Source: Rebecca billardiae RCC1528
Lineage: Eukaryota > Protista > Haptophyta
Length of the DNA stretch: 64,000 nt
Assembly (NCBI GenBank): GCA_965240325.2
Contig: OZ251226.1
Span: forward strand, 372,001 to 436,000
Direction: 5' to 3'
In this document: in pieces, positions 56,175 through 64,000 of the stretch
Position numbering within the stretch: the first letter of the stretch is position 1
Layout of the letters: each line of letters begins with the position of its first letter
Made by a program: the position numbers and the translations under genes
The notes under the pieces: model-generated
What the model was told of the DNA's origin: nothing
What the model saw: only the letters and a program-made list of their open reading frames with translations
Databases searched by the model: none

Positions 56175-59100
56175 TAGTCACCTCAAAGATGTGCGGGTGC
56201 CGTTTCTGGACGCTTCTAGCCTTGATCTCCTGAACATTTGTAGGGGAGATGAGTTTAGTCAGTCGACTGACTAAACTTTTTCTTCAATCAAGGCTCCTCA
56301 CGACTAGGCGCCGTCTTGCACGAAATCCCTATCCTCTCGTCTGGCCACGGCCCTTGGTCTGGCGGTCTTGCATCAAATCCTGGACTCGCGAGGGCAAGGG
56401 GTGGGCCCTCTACCTACGGCCGCCAAACCGGTAATACGCGTTCTGAGCCCGGTCTGGTTGCGGGCGGCCCGGGGCCGCCGCGCCCCGGCTGCCGGGGCGG
56501 CGACTCGGGGAGGCGAGCGTTGGCGCGCGCCCGCCGTGGCCGCGGCGGCAGCGGGGTCGTTGGGCCATCCCAGGGGTATCTGAGCCTCTCGACAAGGGGC
56601 CGTGGCTGCGCCTCGCGTGGGCTGTACTGCACGCGGGCAGCCGACACGAATGCGATGCGCCATCCAAGCGCGAGCCCGAGAGCTTTCGCGACACGGGTGC
56701 TGCGCGAGCACGTCTGAAGGAGCGGGCAAGGTCTCGAGAGGAAGCAGGGAGACCACAGAAGTGCTAGCTCGCAACGACAGTCAGGGAGCGCGAGCCGCCC
56801 CGCTGCGCTGCCTGAGCCGGTCGCCCCACGGGCACGGCCACGGGCCACGCGTGGCGGGCAAACGTGACTGCCGCGCGGCAAGGCTTGGTGAGTGTGTACA
56901 TGCTTCAAGTGGCTGGTCGCTGGTAGAGCTGCTGCATCCCAATCGCGAGCAGCCAGTAACAGCGACTCGGCCGCGCCGCCGCGGCCGTGCTCCGCAGTTC
57001 TGGTGCCCGCGCGGAACTGACGGTCACGGTTGCGCACCCGCGGGCGGCGAGACCAGTCAGTGGGCCGGCTCTGCCGCCGTCCCTGAGCGTGACCCGCAGT
57101 GGCGTCGCCGGGCTTGCAGGGGGGTCTAAGCCGGCCGCCCGCCCGAACCGGAGCCTGGCACGACCGTATCCGGCCCGCGCCGCCGCGCGCTGCCACAGTG
57201 GCCGGTGGCGGTGGCACGCGTCGGGCCCGCGCAGCCCGCGCGGCCCGCGCCGCCGCGCGGCCCGCGAGCGCGGGCCTCATCCGACGAATAAGACTGACGA
57301 GTATCACGAACGAATATGGCGCCAATGCGGGATAGTGCGACTGGAGTGCTGAGCCGTGACTGACTACGTCATGCCTACCAGCCGTACGTACATCCCCGCC
57401 CACTATTCGGATGGTAGCCCGCGGTCGGCGGCGGCGAGCCGCCGATGATTGTCCCGCCGGTCGCTGTGACATCCTTCCACTTACGCCAGGTGAAGCGCAG
57501 GCCGATGACCGACTGGAAGTCGGTGAACAGGACGAGCTGGTGCGGGCTCTCGGCGAGCGTCGTGGCGGGAGAGAAGATCTCGGCGTAGTTGTCCGACGCG
57601 TTGCCGTTCAGCGGAGCGATCGAGAAGAAGGGCCAGCCGGGGGCGAGTGGCAAGCTCGCGTGAGATGCGAGCTCGAGCTCGTACCGGCCGCGCAGCCAGC
57701 GGCCCAGGCGGTCCTCGGCGAAGAGGTCGATGACGGCAGCATCGTACGCGGTGGCATCGACCTGGACCGATGCGCGCTCGGCTGCGTGCAAGCCTCGGCA
57801 GTGCGCGACGACGCGCGTGAGCAGCCGATCGAAGATCGCCGCCTGCTGCTGCTGGCGGACGCGAATGTGCATCGGCTCCCGCCACAGGAACTCACGGTAC
57901 CGCGCGACGAGGTTGTGCACAGCCTCCGCCGGCGGGCGGTACAGCTTCGCGCCGTGCTCGATGGCGACGATGGTGACGTGGCGATACACCTTACTGCTGG
58001 CGAGGCAGCCCGCGACACGGCGCTCGGACTCGACGCACGCCGCAACCAGATCGGCGTCCGCGGCGATGCCAATCTCATCGCGCCCTGCGCGGCGCGCGCG
58101 GGCACGCGCGCAGGACGCGCGTCAACACGGGCGGCGGGGGGGAGCGGGCACGGCGCCCGCGCAGCGGGATCCGATCGTACCGAGATCGAGCACGTGCTCG
58201 TCCGCCTCCCCGAGCAAGCACGGCCGCAGCGGGTAGCCGCGCTGCTGCCCGTCCTCCGCAGCCCCTGTCGTCGTCGGCAGCACGATGCCGCCGTCCGGCT
58301 GCTTCCAGGCCTTCAGGCCGACACCGAACTCGAATGGCATGCGGGCGGTCGGGAGCTGCGCGATGACCTCCTCGGGTGGCTCGGTCAGATTCATGTTCGC
58401 CACATGCAGCACGTTGCGCTTGGCCTTGAACGGCTGCGGCTCGGACTCGCCCTGCCTGGCATCACAGACGACGGGGCGGACGACGACACGCGGTGTTGGC
58501 GCGCCGCGGGTATGCGCGCGCAGGGAGGGATCGCGGGCGGGGCGGCGCACCTCGGGCGCTTGAACGCGGTCCATGCATTCACGAAGAAGTCCAGTGCGCC
58601 CCCGCGCGCGATGAACTCCGCAAGGTTCTTCCACACCATCACCTTGCCATGCACCGTCTCGACCTCGATCTCCTCCTCCTTCCAGTTGCCGACGTGCTCG
58701 TAGACCTCCGCAGGGTGGTAGTCTGCGGTGCGCGTCTTGCCAGGCAAGTCCTCCACGAAGTAGAACCACTTTACCATGAGGGTCACTGACCCCGCGACGA
58801 CTTCTTGACGACGCGGCGCACCTGCGCGAGCCCGGCGCGCTCCGAAGGCCTGCCGTTCTTCTGCAGCCACTGCACGACGACATGGTCTCCGATTCCGATA
58901 TTGATGCCGCGCCAGATGACGCCGACATTCCGCAATCGTCCTCCCCGCGTGGCGGCGGTGACGAGCTCCGGCGCGGTGGCCGGCGGGAGCTCCCCGCTCC
59001 GTCCATGACTTCGACAAACCGCGAGGGGCCGTTCGACCGGCGCTCAGCCGGAACGGAGCGACTCAACCAGGCTCGGCGGTTGCTCAAAAACCTATTCATG

Positions 59101-59219
59101 CCCTCCACCGCCCCTGGTGCAGGCCGGGCGTTGATTGGCCGTCGGTTGCTAGTGCAGTTTTAAGAAAATCTCGTGGAACGTGGCCGGAAAAGGCACCCGC
59201 ACATCTTTGAGGTGGACTA
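56175..59219. mobile_element. 3.0-kb TIR element with TAG...CTA termini carrying a BAH-domain gene
   Basis: Left end TAGTC-ACCTCAAAGATGTGCGGGTGCCGTTTCTGG; right end (reverse complement) TAGTCCACCTCAAAGATGTGCGGGTGCCTTTTCCGG. Flanks are CAC | CAA. Confidence 0.8.
57375..58777 (-). CDS. BAH-domain-like protein; exons 58551-58777, 58181-58455, 57375-58084
   Basis: 'VKWFYFVEDLP...YHPAEVYE...EEIEVETVHGKVMV' fits the BAH pattern WFY.P/E...P.ELF...DEI.V.SI.GKC.V. GT-AG introns 58456-58550 and 58085-58180 join three ORF pieces with no stop. The true start may lie upstream. Confidence 0.65.
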
Positions 59220-59261
59220 CAACCCGGCGGCGGCACCCGCCGCACCCCCTCTGTCTGCTCG

Positions 59262-61040
59262 TCATACTCGTCGCCGCCATCGTCTGTGGCCTCCGATCTT
59301 CCAAGGGGCTGCTTGCAGCTGCAGCCCACTCGCCTGCTTCAACTTGGCCTTGCTGCCTGCGTTGAAGTGCCTGCCCCACAGGCACGCGTCGTCGTCGCCA
59401 CGCACGCGCACCGTCGACGCGGCCAGCTTGAGCGCCGCCGCCAGCCGCTCGCGCAGCACTTGGACGTTGGTGTACAGCTCCGCCCTCGTGGCAGGGCGGC
59501 CCACGCGCTGGCCATGGCGCACGGCGGTCGGGTGCCGCGGGTCGACCCAGCCGTGCGCGAGAAGGTCGGCACCCGAGATGAAGTGCGCCGTCGTGTGCGC
59601 GCGCCACGCGCAGCCGCGAGCGCTCGGCCGCTGGCCGGGCGCGCACTGCGCCGCCTTGGGGTGCGAGTACCAGTGGCCGACCACGCGATCGGTCGCGTTG
59701 GCGAGGGGGACGAACTCCTGCAGGAACTCGATGCCCTTCCTCGCCGCGCGAGTGGCCGCGTCCGCCCCGGCGTCCGGCGCCAGCCGCGTCTTCCGAATGA
59801 CCGGCGGCGGGTCCACCACCTCCATCCGGCCGACCGCGCGTCGCGCCGCCCGCTCGTCGCCGTCGCAGCCGCACGTGTACAGAGGGAAGTCTCGCGGGTA
59901 CGTGCGGTCGCACCGCGCGGTGTCGCGGCGCGCGATCACGCGGTCTGTGGCGAGCGCGCACTCGCACGCGCCGCGCCAGCACTCCGGCTTGCTCTCGTCG
60001 ATCAGGTTGTACTTGAGCGGGTCCTTCTTCCGCCGCGTCGCTCGCAGCCACTTGAAGCAGCGCGAGTTGCAAGAGAGGTACTCGCCATACTGAGGCACCA
60101 CGCCGGCCGCGCGCCATTGCACGCAGCGGTGTGAGATGGTGGCGAGCGAGGCGTTGGGGAAGGGCGCGCGGCGCGGCGAGCTCAGCGGCGGGTCGGGCCG
60201 CTTGTCGAGGCTGAGGATGTACCGCGAGTTGGTCAGCAGCCACGCGACGCCGCCCACGTCTGCCGTGTTGGCGTCGGCCAGCTGGTCGGGGCCCTCGCAG
60301 CCGCCGTTCGGGCAGAAGTCAGTGACGCGCAGCACGCCGGTCGCGACCACGCCGTGCGGCAGCGTGCGGAAGTGCTCGACGGGCGACCACGGCCACGTCC
60401 GCCCGCGCGGGGGCGCGTCGTGCGCGCGCACGCGCACGGCGTACTGCGTCGCGGGCCTCAGGGCCTGCAGCAGCAGCCGTTGGTTGAGGTGCGGCGGCGT
60501 CGGAAACCCGATCTGGTGCTGCAGCGCCGCGCGCGGCGGCGGGTCGCGCACGGGGACGATCTCGGGGCCGTCGTCGGCGCCGGAGTGGTTCGACTGCCAC
60601 CACTCCACCGTGTACACCGTGTGGCCCCGTGAGCCTGGCGTCGGCAGCCGCCAGCTCAGGTCGAGCGTGGTCGAGGTGGGCGCCGCGTGCAGCTGCACGA
60701 GCCCCACCTGCCCGGGCGCGAGCGGCTCCGTCCGGCACGAGCAGCAGCGCTCGCGGCGCGACCACACGTCGTCCTTGTCCAGCGTGCGCGTCCAGAGCTG
60801 GTACGTCGTCTCCGGCACCAGCCGCGAGACGTGCAGCGCGGCCGCGTCGCGCTTGTGAAACGTGAGGGCGAGCTGAGGCTGGCAGCCCGCGTCGCCGGCG
60901 CAGAGCTGCAGCTCCGTGGCCAGCCCGGAGGGGCTGCCGAGAGTGACCGAGAGCGCGCTCGGGCCCGCCGCGACGCAGCTCCCGCCGGCGCGGACCGACC
61001 CCACGGCGCACGCCGAGAGCAAGAGCGCGCGGATCAGCAT
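59262..61040 (-). CDS. Secreted FN3-domain, Cys-rich protein (copy A)
   Basis: Signal 'MLIRALLLSACAVGSVRA'. FN3 motifs 'VSRLVPETTYQLW', 'LDLSW' and 'LQALRPATQYAVRVRA'. Cys-rich C-terminal half. Confidence 0.75.
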   Translation of the reverse strand: MLIRALLLSACAVGSVRAGGSCVAAGPSALSVTLGSPSGLATELQLCAGDAGCQPQLALTFHKRDAAALHVSRLVPETTYQLWTRTLDKDDVWSRRERCCSCRTEPLAPGQVGLVQLHAAPTSTTLDLSWRLPTPGSRGHTVYTVEWWQSNHSGADDGPEIVPVRDPPPRAALQHQIGFPTPPHLNQRLLLQALRPATQYAVRVRAHDAPPRGRTWPWSPVEHFRTLPHGVVATGVLRVTDFCPNGGCEGPDQLADANTADVGGVAWLLTNSRYILSLDKRPDPPLSSPRRAPFPNASLATISHRCVQWRAAGVVPQYGEYLSCNSRCFKWLRATRRKKDPLKYNLIDESKPECWRGACECALATDRVIARRDTARCDRTYPRDFPLYTCGCDGDERAARRAVGRMEVVDPPPVIRKTRLAPDAGADAATRAARKGIEFLQEFVPLANATDRVVGHWYSHPKAAQCAPGQRPSARGCAWRAHTTAHFISGADLLAHGWVDPRHPTAVRHGQRVGRPATRAELYTNVQVLRERLAAALKLAASTVRVRGDDDACLWGRHFNAGSKAKLKQASGLQLQAAPWKIGGHRRWRRRV

Positions 61041-61190
61041 GCCGATCTGGTCCTTGATCAGGTTCCGCCTTTGATTGGTGATGCACTTTGTCGGCGTGCA
61101 GGCCCTCTCGCTGCGCACCTGCGACGGCCGCCCCGTCGCCATGTCGTACAGCGTTGTGCTCACCATCACCTATTTACCTCGCTCGTCGCG

Positions 61191-61370
61191 TTAAGGCGTG
61201 ATTTAATCACGCCTTAACCAAGTGTGCACGTTAAATCATAGTAAACTGTACTCATTCTATGATTCATTATTATAACGACACAGGTAGGACGACGCGGGTC
61301 TCCTGATTCGTCGTACTCATTCTATGATTTACCGACACAGGTAGGACGACGCGGGTGTCCTGATTCGTCG
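61191..61370. repeat. Tail-to-tail GTAC-ended repeat fragments
   Basis: A type-1 3' end (to 61251) shares its GTAC with a reversed type-3 unit, which is duplicated (61248-61322, 61313-61370) and similar to 21104-21139. Confidence 0.7.
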
Positions 61371-61633
61371 GCGGCAGTGCACTCATAGAGATTAGTAAAT
61401 TGATGTAGCGTTCGGGCCGGGCCGAGGCCCGAGGCGATGCTGCGATCAGGAAACGGTTTCGGGCCGGGCCGAGGCGGCACCGATGCTGCGATACGGTTTT
61501 TTTTAAAACACAATATGATCAGCGGCCCGAACCGTCACATATGTGCATGTAACGTCGTGGCATAAGCTAGCTGAACGACACGAGCTTGGCCGCGATCGCG
61601 GCCAGAGGCAGTGCAGGACACGTGATCCACGGT

Positions 61634-62140
61634 CGTCAAGACCCACTCGCTGCCCGAGCTGAGCGCCCAGCCGCCCAGCTGGCTCGCCTACTTCCAGGCC
61701 CTGTACTTCCCACTGCCCACAGGTGACAGGTCCACATGATCGGGCGGAGGAAGTGGCTCTCGCACACGCGCAACGGGACGCCGTGGGCGATCGTCGAGCC
61801 GGTCAACAAGCAGGTGACAGGTGTACTTGCGCACGGCTGCAGCATCTGAGCATAGCTTTGAGTCTGACGAGCTTGCGGAGTATACTCGGCTCTTGAGCCT
61901 GGCGGCGCCACAGGCAGGGCGCGGCGCTGCACGCGCACCTCCGCTACTCGGGTCCATCCTGCGCCGCTCAGCTGCGGGCTGTCGCAGGCGTGGATCGACC
62001 GCCGGTTCAACGAGCTACAGTACGCGGCAACTGGCGCCACCACGACACGTGCTCGACTCGTACGAGTAACGAGCACGTGGACTGCCGCGTCTACAACCTC
62101 GAGCAGCACGTCGAGCGGCTCTTCCGCGGGACTCTGACAG
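61634..62140 (+). pseudogene. Decayed coding fragment of unknown family
   Basis: Coding-like stretches (KTHSLPELSAQPPSWLAYFQALYFPLP; MIGRRKWLSHTRNGTPWAIVEPVNKQV; EHVDCRVYNLEQHVERLFRG) are broken by CAGGT-GA-CAGGT duplications. Confidence 0.35.
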
Positions 62141-62567
62141 AATGTCGCGCCGGTTGGCGCGGTTTGGCTCCGAGACTTCCGATGCCGGCCAGGTGACCTC
62201 CGCCTGACAGAGTAGTCCAGACCGATCGGCGCCGCGCCGGCACGCCCCGCGGCCCCGCGCGAAACGGAAAGACACGACGCCACTGCCCAATCACCGCCCC
62301 ACATGGAGCGCAGCGGAGCTCAGGCGCAGCATCGCGGACTAGTACTGCCGTCGCAGCTCCGAGCACGGAGCAGACGAGGCGCGCATCATGATGCGCAAGG
62401 GCGCGAAGCCCAAGCAGTTCAGTGATAGTTAATCAGTGACTACGATGACGACGAATGCGGAATGACGTAGTTTACATCCCAAGGCCAAGGCGCGACGTCT
62501 GCACGGCACGCGCTTCATGGCTTCAGCTATCCGCACCGCACCTACTGGCTCCGTCTGCGCATACTCG

Positions 62568-64000
62568 TCACCATCTCTGGCCTCCGATCTTCCAAGGGGC
62601 TGCTTGCCTCTGCAGCCCACTCGCCTGCTTCCTGAACCTGGCCTTGCTGCCCGCGTTGAAGTGCCTGCCCCACAGGCACACGTCGTCGTCGCCGCGCACG
62701 CGCACCGTCGACGCGGCCAGCTTGCGCGCCGCCGCTAGCCGCTCGCGCAGCACTTGGACGTTGGTGTACAGCTCCGCCCTCGTGGCAGGGCGGCCCAAGC
62801 GCTGGCCGTGGAGCACGGCGGTCGGGTGCCGCGGGTCGATCCAGCCGTGCGCGAGAAGGTCGGCGCCCGAGATGAAGTGCGCCGTCGTGTGCGCGCGCCA
62901 CGCGCAGCCGCGAGCGCTCGGCCGCTGGCCGGGCGCGCACTGCGCCGCCTTGGGGTGCGAGTACCAGTGGCCGACCACGCGATCGGTCGCGTTGGCGAGG
63001 GGGACGAACTCCTGCAGGAACTCGATGCCCTTCCTCGCCGCGCGAGTGGCCGCGTCCGCCCCGGCGTCCGGCGCCAGCCGCGTCCTCTGAATGACCGGCG
63101 GCGGGTCCACCACCTCCATCCGGCCGACCGCGCGTCGCGCCGCCCGCTCGTCGCCGTCGCAGCCGCACGTGAACAGAGGGAAGTCTCGCGGGTACGTGCG
63201 GTCGCACCGCGCGGTGTCGCGGCGCGCGATCACGCGGTCTGTGGCGAGCGCGCACTCGCACGCGCCGCGCCAGCACTCCGGCTTGCTCTCGTCGATCAGG
63301 TTGTACATGAGCGGGTCCTTCTTTCGCCGCATCGCGCGCAGCCATCCGAAGCAGCGCGAGTTGCACGAGAGGTACTCGCCATACTGAGGCACCACGCCGG
63401 CCGCGCGCCACTGCACGCAGCGGTGTGAGGTGGTGGCGAGCGAGGCGTTGGGGAAGGGCGCGCGGCGCGGCGAGCTCGGCGGCGGGTCGGGCCGCTTGTC
63501 GAGGCTGAGGATGTACCGCGAGTTGGTCAGCAGCCACGCGACGCCGCCCACGTCTGCCGTGTTGGCGTCGCCCAGCTGGTCGGGGCCCTCGCAGCCGCCG
63601 TTCGGGCAGAAGTCAGTGACGCGCAGCACGCCGGTCGCGACCACGCCGTGCGGCAGCGTGCGGAAGTGCTCGACGGGCGACCACGGCCACGTCCGCCCGC
63701 GCGGGGGCGCGTCGTGCGCGCGCACGCGCACGGCGTACTGCGTCGCGGGCCTCAAGGCCTGCAGCAGCAGCCGGTGGTTGAGGTGCGGCGGCGTCGGAAA
63801 CCCGATCTGGTGCTGCAGCGCCGCGCGCGGCGGCGGGTCGCGCACGGGGACGATCTCGGGGCCGTCGTCGGCGCCGGAGTGGTTCGACTGCCACCACTCC
63901 ACCGTGTACACCGTGTGGCCCCGTGAGCCTGGCGTCGGCAGCCGCCAGCTCAGGTCGAGCGTGGTCGAGGTGGGCGCCGCGTGCAGCTGCACGAGCCCCA
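62568..64000 (-). CDS. Secreted FN3-domain, Cys-rich protein (copy B), 5' part outside window
   Basis: Near-identical to 59290-60705, with scattered substitutions and a different C-terminal end. Confidence 0.8.
   Translation of the reverse strand, partial: GLVQLHAAPTSTTLDLSWRLPTPGSRGHTVYTVEWWQSNHSGADDGPEIVPVRDPPPRAALQHQIGFPTPPHLNHRLLLQALRPATQYAVRVRAHDAPPRGRTWPWSPVEHFRTLPHGVVATGVLRVTDFCPNGGCEGPDQLGDANTADVGGVAWLLTNSRYILSLDKRPDPPPSSPRRAPFPNASLATTSHRCVQWRAAGVVPQYGEYLSCNSRCFGWLRAMRRKKDPLMYNLIDESKPECWRGACECALATDRVIARRDTARCDRTYPRDFPLFTCGCDGDERAARRAVGRMEVVDPPPVIQRTRLAPDAGADAATRAARKGIEFLQEFVPLANATDRVVGHWYSHPKAAQCAPGQRPSARGCAWRAHTTAHFISGADLLAHGWIDPRHPTAVLHGQRLGRPATRAELYTNVQVLRERLAAARKLAASTVRVRGDDDVCLWGRHFNAGSKARFRKQASGLQRQAAPWKIGGQRW

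Noticed and set aside
1-64000. Hundreds of overlapping Arg/Ala/Pro-rich ORFs, e.g. 12714-15356, 8580-10538, 42536-44383, 52578-54977
   Set aside because: Shadow frames of real genes in very high-GC DNA, with no domain motifs.
1-64000. Fanzor/TnpB, reverse transcriptase, tRNA or rRNA genes
   Set aside because: No RuvC/zinc-finger, YxDD RT or structural RNA signatures were seen by eye.

Overview
Very GC-rich eukaryotic nuclear DNA with GT-AG introns and genes for plastid-targeted proteins. The composition and protein families suggest an alga with a secondary plastid, most plausibly a haptophyte (inference). Supported genes: sulfotransferase-like protein (5' truncated), GT61, UPF1/Sen1-like SF1 helicase, a ~2,400-aa plastid/Tat-targeted repeat protein, a HET/TIR-like protein, DUF445, a small membrane protein, the ferredoxin-thioredoxin reductase variable chain, a probable Treslin/TICRR, XPD, a GT25-like protein, a secreted Kelch protein, an RGG-LRR-PIN protein and a tandem pair of FN3 proteins. 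The most interesting content is an unannotated mobilome between the genes: (1) four Helitron2/Helentron-like non-autonomous copies with different cargo; (2) a decayed CRESS-virus-type Rep inside a 2.6-kb unit bounded by 12-bp inverted repeats; (3) an 825-bp element whose two ends are ~96-bp palindromes; (4) a 3-kb TAG...CTA TIR element carrying an apparently intact spliced BAH-domain gene and no visible transposase; (5) a 3-kb foldback element with a 7-bp TSD; (6) repeat families that all end in GTAC. Old repeat copies appear to decay by short insertions and micro-duplications. All assignments were made by eye; no database searches were run.
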